The notes: a model not told the origin generated them from the sequence alone. Counted from the stretch's first letter, positions 37,201 through 49,203 are shown. The stretch: 64,000 nt of DNA from Macrostomum hystrix (GCA_950097015.1 CATNEN010000025.1:9548001-9612000); one strand, 5' to 3'. Numbers and translations are program-made.

Positions 37201-38167
37201 GCTTTGTCTAATTATTTCTTATGTTAGATGAGTATTCAGTGAGTAATATAAACTCAATATTTTATTTAGTATTCAGTTAATGGTATATTCCGTTGTAACG
37301 AGATAAAAATAAAAGGCCAATTTACACAAACAAGAATTAATAATCGTCACCGCATTTCTAAAAAATCTAAATCTCGTACTCATGCTTCATTTTCATGGCT
37401 AGTGATTCTGTAAATACAAGCGTGATTGTACAATTGCTAGTCTGTCACGGATGGCTGGCTCTTGCCGGAATCGACATCCAACAGTTATATTTCCGAGAAT
37501 GCAGCCTTAGAAAATGGCAACGCTACCAGCAAACACTGCTTGAGTGTGTGTGACTTCCCTATCGTCACTGTCAGTTTCCCTTTTACCAATACACCGAATC
37601 CCCTTCCCCTTCAATCAATGGTTGTCTAGGCCCGATTTGACGAACATACGCGCGGTTCGATTCTCTCATTCTCAATTCCCTACTCTGCAGTCCCTGGGGA
37701 GATCTATGGCGACTTTGAAAGCAGCTACGGGCCACTTATTTATTTCTGTCTCCAATTTTAAAAAACGAAATCCATTTCGAGAACTCGCTTTTTGACACGC
37801 AATCCAAAAGCCTCCAAAACAGGGAATTTTGATTGGGTAAGCATGGAAATGTATTCGTGTAAAAGCTAATTGGAACAGCACTAAAGGTACTAAAACAATA
37901 TCAGTACGCTTCGTTAGCAACCAGAAAGTATACGAATCTGCGATCTAGCATAATAAAAATTTATGAAATTGTATTTCTGTCACAATAGCACAATACAATC
38001 TGCCTGTCTGCCTGCCTGTCTAGCCTATTGAAAAATTTGATGCCACATTTAGTATTGGTGTCATCCAGTTTAAATAAATAAAACTACTGATCTAATCTCA
38101 AATCTAATCTAGCCGAATCGGTAGTTAAGTTGCGAATCCGGCCCTCTCATGCGAGTCGCATTAGGTT

Positions 38168-38492
38168 GCCATCCTTGCAGTGAGAATGGCAACTGGCTTT
38201 CCGATCCTTGCAGTGAGAATGGCAATTGGCTTTCCGATCCTTGCAGTGAGAATGGAATCTGGCTTTCCGATCCTTGCAGTGAGAATGGCAACTGGCTTTC
38301 CGATCCTTGCAGTGAGAATGGAATCTGGCTTTCCGATCCTTGCAGTGAGAATGGCAACTGGCTTTCCGATCCTTGCAGTGAGAATGGAATCTGGCTTTCC
38401 GATCCTTGCAGTGAGAATGGCAACTGGCTTTCCGATCCTTGCAGTGAGAATGGCAATTGGCTTTCCGATCCTTGCAGTGAGAATGGAATCTT
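38168..38492 (+). repeat. 33-bp minisatellite (CCTTGCAGTGAGAATGGCAACTGGCTTTCCGAT)n, related to the 36-kb array
   Basis: Shares AATGG..CTGGCTTTCCGATC and CCTTGCAG with the 36.0-37.2 kb array. Confidence 0.9.
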
Positions 38493-38839
38493 GCTTACAT
38501 AAGCGAGATAGGCCATATGCATCTTGTTCACCTGAAAGTTGAAGTCAAACTTGGCCATGATAGATTATTGCAAGACCTCGCAATCCTTGCTTCCTTGGAG
38601 ACAAATTTCTATGTTTGCTGTTCACTGCCATTGTTGCCATTTAATGTTTGGAACGTTTTAAATAAATTTTAATCATAGGCTGCCATATCTACGAGTATGT
38701 AGTACTTTTTAGCCTGTCAATCTTTGAAGAAGGGTTTTCACAAATTGGTTCTCTTAACAATCTTAATGCTAAGATCCGAACCTAGTGGAGTCAGGAATCG
38801 AACCCCCGACTTTCAAATCATTTGTCCGACGCTCTAGCG

Positions 38840-39347
38840 CAGGGGTCGGCAACCTCCGGCCCGCGGGCCAGATGCGGCCCTCGAAGCTCCCAAATCCGGC
38901 CCTTAGCTCCTCCTAACACCTACTCTATAGTACACCCTATCTCATCTCTCCCCTGTCTCACCTCTCCCCTGTCTTATCTCTCCCTGTCTTATCTCTCTCC
39001 TGTCTTATCTCTCCCCTATCTCATCTATCCCGTCGTATCTCTCCCCTGTCATATCTCTCCTTGTCTTATCTCTTTCCTGTCTTATCTCTCCCCTATCTCA
39101 TCTCTCCCTGTCTCATCTCTCCCCCTTTTCATCTCTCCCCTGTCTCATCTCTCTTGCGTCTTATCTCCCCCGTCTCATCTCTCACCTGTCTGATCTCTCC
39201 TGTGTCTCATCCACAGATACTATAATAACGATAATAACAGTTATTATAGTATCTGTGGTCTCATCTCTCCCCTTTATTCATGCGGCCCGCCGTCGTCTTT
39301 AAGATTCTCTCTTTAGCCCGCGGGGTATATAAGGTTGCCGACCCCTG
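38840..39347. mobile_element. hAT (Charlie/Buster-type) MITE, 508 bp, with 8-bp TSD
   Basis: TIRs CAGGGGTCGGCAACCT / AGGTTGCCGACCCCTG. TSD CTCTAGCG at 38832-38839 and 39348-39355. GCGGCCC subterminal motifs. Inserted into a minus-strand tRNA-like SINE head (~38783-38839). Confidence 0.92.
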
Positions 39348-40680
39348 CTCTAGCGTCTACTCGTATCTAGCATTAGGCTATCTCCCCTAATGCTGTGTCG
39401 ACTCCAGTCATTCACAATCCGATTCTGCCCAACCACCTGTTCAAATTCGCGCGCATTGTCCTGTCCAGTCACGAAGTCGCCATTTTCAGTCTGTTGCATT
39501 CTCACGCGAGAAACGTGACCATGAGCGTGACTGTACACAACAGAGCTGTATCCATGGCATCAAGATCGCATCGTATTACCGGGCAGCAGTGCCCGTTAGT
39601 TTTTTCTCGGATTTGCAACGATTCCCAAAGCCGGCACATGATCTCCCGCGTCCGCGGCTGACTTCGCTTCGAGTCGTCCAGGAAGGACCAGATGACTCCG
39701 GGCGGGGAGAAATGAATGACCGGACTATCCCTTTATAAGCTCGAGGAGATGGCCAATTCACTGGGGAGAAAAGCCTCGCACTGTGTGTATCCGGGGCGGG
39801 GCAGAATGATACGCTCGTATTTTCCTAGAGAGATAGTGGACTCGTTCATAAGTCTCACCCTAATGGAATGCCAGGGCGGAAGGTCGGGTCGGTGCATTTA
39901 GATGGAGTGGCTACTCCTACAGACGTTGCCATGCGCTCAGCGGGGCTGTCAACAACGAGATGGTCTGAACTGCCAGTCAAGCTGCGCATATCGATGAGGA
40001 TCTTGCGTATATGAAATTTGTCTCTCGACAGGATAATAAAAATGCTTGTCGCTTAATCATCTATCAGAACCATCCACTTGACAGGTTTTAGCGTTTTTGC
40101 AATTTTAGACCAACTGATTGACTTGTCGAGTCAATTTCCTGTGGGACATATTTTATGATCAATATTAGCATTTTTACAAGTGTCAGTGACAAGTGTAGAA
40201 TAAGGTGCGAAGTAACCTATTCCATTGAAGGTGTCACTAACCCGAAATGAAAAAATATGAAATCTGAGTTTCTTCACAATGCTCCCACATGGAAGTTTGC
40301 TTATTGAAATAGTCTTTCAAAGATGACGATCTTTTTCATGCAATTGTGCAAACAAACTTACCGATCAGTCCACGGACTTAGGGGACGCCTCACCCACCCT
40401 AAATTACCCCAGCTTGTATATAATTTATTAGATGGGTGAACTGAAGCAAAGTGTCTTGCTAAATAACACAAATTATTGCAGTGGAGTCAGAAATGGAACC
40501 CTAGACCTTCAAGTCGTGAGTCCCACCCTCTAGATACATCCCTTTAAGCAAAGATTTTTTCAGGAAAATATTTTTATCCCGCGACACAAAATTCTATATG
40601 AATATGACAATTCTCGCTTGGTTATCTTGGTTACTACGTCACATTATGCTAATCGTAACAGTGTTCTCCACTCCGAGCTC

Positions 40681-40726
40681 ATTGGCCAACCAATGAGGAC
40701 TCGCTAGCCGCAGCTCACCTATAAAA
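40681..40726 (+). promoter_or_regulatory. Candidate core promoter: ATTGG and CCAAT boxes plus TATAAAA
   Basis: ATTGG 40681-40685, CCAAT 40690-40694, TATAAAA 40720-40726, about 100 nt upstream of the ATG at 40827. Confidence 0.55.
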
Positions 40727-40826
40727 TCAAGAGCGAAAATTGCCGCCCGCGCCTACTCCCCACCTGCTATTGATCCTAGTTCAAATTTGCCAGCCTCTAT
40801 CAGGTGAATTTCAGCTGATACCAGCC

Positions 40827-41431
40827 ATGAAACTAACCACTCTGCTTGTTGTCTGCCTGATCGGTGAGATTTTCGCTCTGTAATTATTTTATTTGTACTA
40901 CAAAAATCTGTATTTAGTATCTGAGCTACTGATAACTCATATTTCAGCTGTCAGCGTCTCGATTTCGAGCGCCCGACCCAGCGAGGAGCGCGGCAATTAT
41001 CAGTGAGGAAGCTTAAATTCAGAATCTAAATTTTTCAAATTCGTGCCAATATTTCTAAGAAAAATTACGGCGTATACTTTCTTCATGAAATTTTGTCATG
41101 GATTTCATGTTCCCGATCGGAATAAAAAAGAAGAATATCTCTTAATTCTTTCTAAAACCAGCTTAGACCTGATTTTGTTATTTTATTTTTTTCTAATTTC
41201 TTAGCGCGATTTAAAAAAAATCACGTAAATATGCGATTTTTCGTTAAAACTCCGCCCGCCAGGAGCAAGCGCTGGTGGCCGGTGAAGTACTACGACGCCG
41301 AGAACATACAGGTGAAACGCTTCGGCGGTGGCCACCGGGCCCAGGACCTGGACAATTATCCCGATTTCAGCTCCAAGCGCTGGTGGCCGGTGAATCCTCA
41401 CGAGGGAGCGGCCGGCGTACGACGTCGTTAA
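40827..41431 (+). CDS. Secreted peptide prohormone / neuropeptide-precursor-like protein, 3 exons, 86 aa
   Basis: Exons 40827-40863 (phase 1), 40948-41002 (phase 2), 41263-41431 give MKLTTLLVVCLIAVSVSISSARPSEERGNYQSKRWWPVKYYDAENIQVKRFGGGHRAQDLDNYPDFSSKRWWPVNPHEGAAGVRRR*. Signal peptide, three KR sites, repeated SKRWWPV. Confidence 0.8.
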
Positions 41432-41919
41432 ATGAAGAATTGTTGGAAAAATAACTACATTGCACGCAAACTGATTTCAAACGGATTTGTACACAGACTA
41501 ATGACACGTTTTGCATAGGCCTCGACCCAAAACTCTCGACATTTTCTGTCGCTTCGTGACAATTTTTACGACATCTTTGAAAATCTGACCTGCAATGCTA
41601 TTGGGGCATGCGAATTAACAAAAATTGTTACTGAAAAATACAAGCCGCAACGTGTGTCTGTCGCAGTGGATAAACGAACTTACTTGTTCTGGGATAAAAA
41701 CTCTGGGATTTGAAAGTTACTAACAAAACTCATTTTGTTCTAAAGGCAACTTCGTAAATGAAAAACAAATGTCAAGCCTTGAACTTTCTATGACGGAAAT
41801 TGCGTCTATTGAGAAAGTCGGATGTATCAGAAATTGCTGCTAGAGCAAACAGAACGACAAAAATATTTCTTGTAATCAATTTCTTTGCACACATCTCAAT
41901 TTTGAATCACTCAATCTCC

Positions 41920-43040
41920 AACAACCAATCTCCCATCTCTCAATCTCCCATCAGTCAATCTCCCATCTCTCCATCTCTCATCTCTCAATCTCCCATCAGT
42001 CAATCTTTCATCTCACAATCTCACATCTCTCAATCTCCCATCAGTCAATCTCTCATCTCTCAATCTCTCATCTCTCAATCTCCCATCTCACAATCTCACA
42101 TCTCTCAATCTCCCATCAGTCAATCTTTCATCTCACAATCTCACATCTCTCAATCTCCCATCAGTCAATCTCTCATCTCTCAATCTCTCATCTCTCAATC
42201 TCCCATCTCTCAATCTCCCATCAGTCAATCTCTCATCTCTCAATCTTTCATCTCTCAATCTTTCATCTCTCAATCTTTCATCTCTCAATCTCACATCTCT
42301 CAATCTCCCATCAGTCAATCTCTCATCTCTCAATCTCCTATCACTCAATCTCCCATCTCTCATCTCTCCATCTCCCATCTCTTATCTCTCCATCTCCCAT
42401 CTCTCATCTCTCCATCTCCCATCTATCATCTCTCAATCTCCCATCAGTCAATCTTTCATCTCTCAATCTCTCATCACTCAATCTCCCATCACTCAATCTC
42501 CCATCTCTCATCCCTCCATCTCCCATCTCTCAATCTCCCATCACTCAATCTCTCATCTCTCAATCTCTCATCTCTCAATCTCCCATCTCTCAATCTCACA
42601 TCAGTCAATCTCTCATCTCTCAATCTTTCATTTCTCAATCTTTCATCTCTCAATCTTTCATCTCTCAATCTTTCATCTCTCAATCTCACATCTCTCTATC
42701 TCCCATCAGTCAATCTCTCATCTCTCAATCTCCCATCTCTCATCTCTCCATCTCCCATCTCTTATCTCTCCATCTCCCATCTCTCATCTCTCCATCTCCC
42801 ATCTCTCATCTCTCAATCTCCCATCAGTCAATCTTTCATCTCTCAATCTCTCATCACTCAATCTCCCATCACTCAATCTCCCATCTCTCATCCCTCCATC
42901 TCCCATCTCTCAATCTCCCATCACTCAATCTCCCATCAGTCAATCTCCCATCAGTCAATCTCCCATCTCTCAATCTCACATCACTCAATCTCCCATCACT
43001 CAATCTCCCATCTCTCATCTCCCATCTCTCAATCTCCCAT
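41920..43040 (+). repeat. Degenerate ~15-bp pyrimidine-rich minisatellite (CAATCTCCCATCTCT)n
   Basis: Visible; source of the 436-aa ISQSP ORF. Confidence 0.9.
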
Positions 43041-44128
43041 TATTTACTTTGCTATTACTTCGCTAATAATTAATCCCACGCTATTCTGCGTAGTTTTAAT
43101 TTATCCCTAATTAATTCATCCTCACAATATCTTTCTTATTCTCTAGTTTCCTTTTTGACAGCAACTAGTAATTGCTTGACATATTAAATAAATCATTAAT
43201 AGTCAAACTGCCAGTAAAACTGCTCCATTTATTATATTTCATTTTCTCTACGAGCTATGCGTGTAGTTTATCAAATGAGATCATCAAATGAGAACTGATG
43301 CAAAGGATTTTATCACATGCAGTGCATGTAAAAAATCCAGAATTTTTATGTATTCTGTAAAGGTAATGGGAATGTATAGAAATTCGATCAAAAGAATTGA
43401 TCATCACAATAGCAGCAACACAATGTGCAAATATCGAAATATAATCAATTAACGAGTGGTAGATAGGTAAATACTTACAAGTATATATAATGGATTGCTA
43501 GTCTAGTAGATAATCATACTTGATCAGGACTAGATTTCGAACTCCTGACGTTTCTTGTATAAATCTTAGAATTGAAAATACTTGTAAATGAAACTTTAAT
43601 TTCAAAGTGACTATGCTAGCAATCCATTCTTAGCGTGAAGCATAAAATATTTAGTATAAACTTGTATTGATGGAATGTGATCAGTGCTTATTGACAAGGC
43701 ATGGGTTTGTTAAACAAAATTTATCGTTAAGAGCATATACTTGCAAAAAAGAAACAAGCAAAAGGAATGTAGCATTCATAAGAACATCATACAAATGTAA
43801 GTAAAATTTAGTTAATAAAATTGGGTAATTAAAATTAAGTAAAAACATAACATTTTTTGAAGGGAAGCTCCACTTACACTACTGTTGAATTAAGTAGCAA
43901 GACAAGATGTGCAACACACAATAATCATATGTTAGCTGCTACGGCTAATGTCCTATTAAAGTACATTTGGACCCCATCATTTTTGGCCAGCTAAATTGAA
44001 ATAGAACAAAAACAAAGTTTAGTTTATGGTCTAGCTACTACATGAGTTTTAAGCGCAGCGTCATTCATTGCTTTAAAAATTTAGGAAGAAAAACAGGAAG
44101 CAGAAGTCAGTGGTCCGAAGTTCGATTA

Positions 44129-46975
44129 TTATTTCCTTCTACCAGGCGGCTGCCGCTGCTGCTGCTGGCGCGGTCTCAGCGGTTGGGCCGACAAGGCGAT
44201 CGGCTGCTGATGCTTCTGCTGCTGCTGCGGCGGTGGTCGCTTCATTGGCTGCGCTTGCAGTGGCTGCGGAGGCGGCGGCTGCGGCGTCGGAGGCTGTGGC
44301 GCAGCTGGCAGGCTGTTCATTGTGCCGAAGGAGGCGGTCATGTCGCTCGGGTGCTGAGCGGCCACGCTGCTGCTGGCTAGCGACGATCGCGGCTTGGGCA
44401 TCGGCGGAGCCTGCGGCGGCGGCTGCTGCTGTTTCCGAGGCCGCACAGGCTGAGCCTGGATGGCATTCGGCGAGGGCCGCACCGGCGGCTCGCTGAACAA
44501 TGACCTGGCGGCTACACTAGGCAGCGAGGCCTCAGATGTCGGCCGGGTCAGGCCGCCCCCGCTCAGGCCGGCGCCGGCTCCGGCTGGCTCGCTGAACAAC
44601 GAATGCCGACTGTTGTAGACCGATGAGCCGGAGCGAAGCGGCTGCGATGTTAGCAGCGACTGCTGGCCGCGGATGCTGCCGGCCACGCTGCCTGCGGACA
44701 GCATTAAAGATGGGATTTTTTCAATGGAGTTGGCGACGGGATTAGGGATGGGATTGGCTATGGGATAAGCAATCGGATTTGGGGTAGGATTGAGGATCGA
44801 AAAATAAGAGAATTAGTTATAGGTTGAGAGATGGGGGGTCGGTGGCAGAGCGGTTAACGCGTTTGCCTCTCGCACCACGGTCCTTAAGTTCGATTCCGCG
44901 GCGAGGCCACATTTATTTGGGGCGCAGCCGCGGAGAGAAGGCTTGGGGGCTTGTCGTGCAATTTACGCCCTTGAGGGCCAACCTCCAAGGCACAGTGAAG
45001 GTGTACACTGCCTGACGATGAGAAAGTCAGGGCAGATGTACACACCTGTGTGAGCGTGTGCCTGCGTACAGTATCCGTGTGCGTGTGTGCTCAGGAGTCA
45101 GCGAAATGGGCAGAATTGCCTCCTCGCTGGCGGCGGGTCTAGTGTCACTAAATAATGTGTCACTGCCCGCAGCCCTCCTGCAATTATTATTCCTATTATT
45201 ATTATTATTTGGTTGAGAAATGGGTTTAGGGGTTTAAGGGATTAGGGACGGGATTAGGGTGGAATTATTGGGAACTCCAGGAACCATTTCAAACGGTGCA
45301 GGTCCTCACCTGGTCGCGAGTTGCCAAACTGCTGCTTGGAGACCTGGCTGGTGGTGCCATTGGAGCCTCTCTGCCTGAAGCCCTGCACCAGACCGAATGC
45401 GATGGGCGCGGCTGCGATGACTGCGCCGAAGAACACAACAACTCCGACAATGATGTGCCGGTTGCTGTACGCCTCCAGGCTTGAGGTCGAGGCTTCAAAG
45501 CAGCCGACGGGATTCATGAGGGGATTTTGGGACGGCACGGCCGGCTTGTTGTTGGTGCAGTCGGCCAGCTTTGACGGGTCGGAGCGGGCCTCCAGCTGGC
45601 AGCAGCTGTCAGGAATGTTCGGCGTGGTGTGCGGAGTTCCCTCGCTCAGCTTGCGGTACCAAGGAGTGTTCTTGTAGGCCTTGAGGTAGATTGGAATGAA
45701 CGAGACGAAACTAATTTGATGATTAGGGTAGCGAATTCTTTGCTTCTTTGCTTTGGTGACAGTCACCTGAGGACCATCCGGTCATCGAGCAGGTGACACC
45801 TGAGGATTATCCGGTCATCCAGCAGGTGACACCTGAGGATTATCCGGTCATCCAGCAGGTGACACCTGAGGATTATCCGGTCATCCAGCAGGTGACACCT
45901 GAGGATTATCCAGTCATCCAGCAGGTGACACCTGAGGATCATCCAGCAGGTGACACTTGAGGATTTTCCGGTCATACAGCAGGTGACACCTGAGGATCAT
46001 CCAGGAGTTGACACCTGAGGATCATCCAGGAGGTGACACCTGAGGATCATCCAGGAGGTGACACCTGAGGATCATCCAGGAGGTGACACCTGAGGATCAT
46101 CCAGGAGGTGACACCTGAGGATCATCCAGGAGGTGACACCTGAGGATCATCCAGGAGGTGACACCTGAGGATCATCCAGGAGGTGACACCTGAGGATCAT
46201 CCAGGAGGTGACACCTGAGGATCATCCAGGAGGTGACACCTGAGGATCATCCAGGAGGTGACACCTGAGGATCATCCAGGAGGTGACACCTGAGGATCAT
46301 CCAGGAGGTGACACCTGAGGATCATCCAGGAGGTGACACCTGAGGATCATCCAGGAGGTGACACCTGAGGATCATCCAGGAGGTGACACCTGAGGATCAT
46401 CCAGGAGGTGACACCTGAGGATCATCCAGGAGGTGACACCTGAGGATCATCCAGTGATCCAGCAGGACACGTGGTTGATCATGAAGTGCCTGATTGCTCA
46501 CCATCTGAGCATCGTTGGTTCGCACGGCGCAGCACCTGGAGTCGATCTGCATCTGATTCCAGGCCTCGAAGATGGCCGGCTCGCTGGCGCCGTAGCGTTG
46601 CAGCGAGCCGGCCAGGCTGGCCTCGAGTCCTGTCTGCGCGCTGCCAGCCTTCAGGCCGCCGGCCAAGCCCAGCGCTGCCAGAGCCAGAATTGCCGCCACA
46701 GCCAGGATGACGCACGCGGCAATATCCAGGCCCTTATTGCCATAGAGTTGTGATATGATGCCGCCAAGGCTAGCTACAATGAGCAAACCCGCGGCTGACA
46801 TGTCGATGTACATTGGCACATAGGCAGACTCGGCGTAGCTCAGTATTGGCCGCAGGTTTCGGGCGGGTCCCTGCACGGTGAAGGCCAAGATTAGACTCGC
46901 GAGGCCCAGAGCCAGGCCGATGGCGCAGAGGGCCAATGTGGCCGCGCGAAGCTTCGGACTCGTCGTCTTCCGCAT
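44129..46975 (-). CDS. Atypical tetraspanin-like protein with long low-complexity C-terminal tail, 3 exons, 468 aa
   Basis: Exons 46975-46502 (phase 0), 45679-45310 (phase 1), 44691-44129. Three N-terminal TM segments; loop with WNQMQ...CCAV, PDSCC and GC; TM4 IIVGVVVFFGAVIAAAPIAFGLV; P/Q/S-rich tail. Confidence 0.75.
44836..45185 (+). mobile_element. tRNA-derived SINE family 1, most complete copy (in tetraspanin intron 2)
   Basis: A-box TGGCAGAGCGG, B-box GTTCGATTC, unique body, AT-rich (TTA)n tail. Homologous copies at ~28100, ~49552 and ~60086 (minus). Confidence 0.8.
45768..46455 (+). repeat. Intronic minisatellite: 33-bp units then 25-bp (AGGTGACACCTGAGGATCATCCAGG)n
   Basis: Visible; tetraspanin intron 1. 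Confidence 0.95.
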
Positions 46976-47146
46976 CGCCGACTGCTCAGCTTCAGGATTC
47001 TGAGCTTCCTGCTTGATAATGTCGACTGTTGCCGTCGGAGCTGCTGCCGACTTTGCCGCTGATGACGACGGTGGCTTTGGTAATGCCGTTTTACTGCTGT
47101 GTTGACGTCACAGCACTCGGGTGCCGATTCTGTGGAGGAACGTACC

Positions 47147-47715
47147 GTCAGGTGTTCTTGTGTGGGAGATCAGGTGTTCTTGTATGGGAGGTCAGGTGTT
47201 CTTGTGTGGGAGGTCAGGTGTTCTTGTGTGGGAGGTCAGGTGTTCTTGTGTGGCAGGTCAGGTGTTCTTGTGTGGCAGGTCAGGTGTTCTTGTGTGGCAG
47301 GTCAGGTGTTCTTGTGTGGCAGGTCAGGTGTTCTTGTGTGGCAGGTCAGGTGTTCTTGTGTGGCAGGTCAGGTGTTCTTGTGTGGCAGGTCAGGTGTTCT
47401 TGTGTGGCAGGTCAGGTGTTCTTGTGTGGCAGGTCAGGTGTGTTCGTGTGGGGAGGTCAGGTGTGTTCGTGTGGGGAGGTCAGGTGTGTTCGTGTGGGGA
47501 GGTCAGGTGTGTTCGTGTGGGGAGGTCAGGTGTGTTCGTCTGGGGAGGTCAGGTGTGTTCGTGTGGGTATGTCAGGTGTGTTCGTGTGGGGAGGTCAGGT
47601 GTGTTCGTGTGGGGAGGTCAGGTGTGTTCGTGTGGGGAGGTCAGGTGTGTTCGTGTGGGGAGGTCAGGTGTGTTCGTGTGGGGAGGTCAGGTGTGTTCGT
47701 GTGGGGAGGTCAGGT
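47147..47715 (+). repeat. 22/23-bp minisatellites (CAGGTGTTCTTGTGTGGCAGGT)n and (CAGGTGTGTTCGTGTGGGGAGGT)n
   Basis: Visible. Probably within a 5'-UTR intron of the tetraspanin (minus-strand acceptor near 47131, donor near 47825). Confidence 0.9.
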
Positions 47716-48376
47716 ATGCTATGTCGGTGTTCTGGAGAGTTTAGGTTTAACAAATGCCTTGACTTCCGGGTACCTTTCTCTATAAAGAAGTGCGAACAGA
47801 AAAAGTATGATTTTGTTTCACTTACCCCCTGATTTGAATCTTAAAACTGAATCAAATAATCCTATACTAAATTATAAAACTGCTTTAAAAGTAACACACA
47901 AAAAACTTGCGGCTTTATCTTTCTTTTCCTAGTTTGCTGGTTGTTGTATTGTTGAATTGGCAAAATTTCTCAAGCCGCCAAGCAATGCAGAGTACTTAAC
48001 TGGCTCTCACAGCAGGGCAGAACTGGTTCTCTCCACTATACGCGACAGGGCTAGAGAAACAGGGACAGAGGGTGAGGGCTATGAATGTACATTATGCTGT
48101 ACATTGTACCTGGCCTGTCTTTCTTTTAACCCTTTTAACCACCCCGCTGAGAAGTATGCACAGTCATTCCTCTCAGCCAAAACTGACCTATGTCGTGAAA
48201 AACAATATAAATTACGAAGTTATTTTTCGGCGCCAAAAACGTCTAGCAATTGCTGGCTCATATTTTATCACACCGATCCGAAATCACAGGTATCGATTTC
48301 AGCTTGCCAACTAGCTGAACTGTTCAGAATTGTTGTACACGTCCATCATCACTCGGTTCCACTTCAAGCTCAATGG

Positions 48377-49035
48377 AATATCACACCTGTCCAAGCCCAC
48401 TATACACAGGTGCATACTCAGTATCCATAGGATATCACACCTGTCCAAGCCCACTATCCACAGGTGCATGCTCAGTATCCATATGATATCACACTGTCCA
48501 AGCCCACTATACACAGGTGCATACTCAGTATCCATAGGATATCACACCTGTCCAAGCCCACTATCCACAGGTGCATGCTCAGTATCCATAGGATATCACA
48601 CTGTCCAAGCCCACTATCCACAGGTGCATGCTCAGTATCCATAGGATATCACACTGTCCAAGCCCACTATCCACAGGTGCATACTCAGTATCCATATGAT
48701 ATCACACTGTCCAAGCCCACTATACACAGGTGCATACTCAGTATCCATAGGATATCACACCTGTCCAAGCCCACTATCCACAGGTGCATGCTCAGTATCC
48801 ATAGGATATCACACTGTCCAAGCCCACTATCCACAGGTGCATACTCAGTATCCATATGATATCACACTGTCCAAGCCCACTATACACAGGTGCATACTCA
48901 GTATCCATAGGATATCACACCTGTCCAAGCCCACTATCCACAGGTGCATGCTCAGTATCCATAGGATATCACACTGTCCAAGCCCACTATCCACAGGTGC
49001 ATACTCAGTATCCATAGGATATCACACCTGTCCAA
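48377..49035 (+). repeat. 53/54-bp minisatellite, about 12 copies
   Basis: ATATCACAC(C)TGTCCAAGCCCACTAT(A/C)CACAGGTGCAT(A/G)CTCAGTATCCATA(G/T)G repeats. Confidence 0.95.
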
Positions 49036-49203
49036 GGTCGCGTTGAAGACACGCGTTTTTTCCGAAAAAATATTAATATAATCTGTTTTTATATGATGTT
49101 CAATAATGTTTAAATGAGTTTAATGACTATGAAAAACTTTACAAAATCTTGCCGCTTAAGGTACATAATGTGTACACATCGGTCTAGCGCTTATAAAATA
49201 AGT

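Noticed and set aside
41800-43110. 436-aa ISQSP-rich ORF
   Set aside because: Low-complexity minisatellite; starts at TTG; no supporting gene structure.
45010-45030. CTGACGA...GAAA hammerhead-like core in the SINE
   Set aside because: No stem II between CTGANGA and GAAA; the sequence pairs as a simple hairpin.
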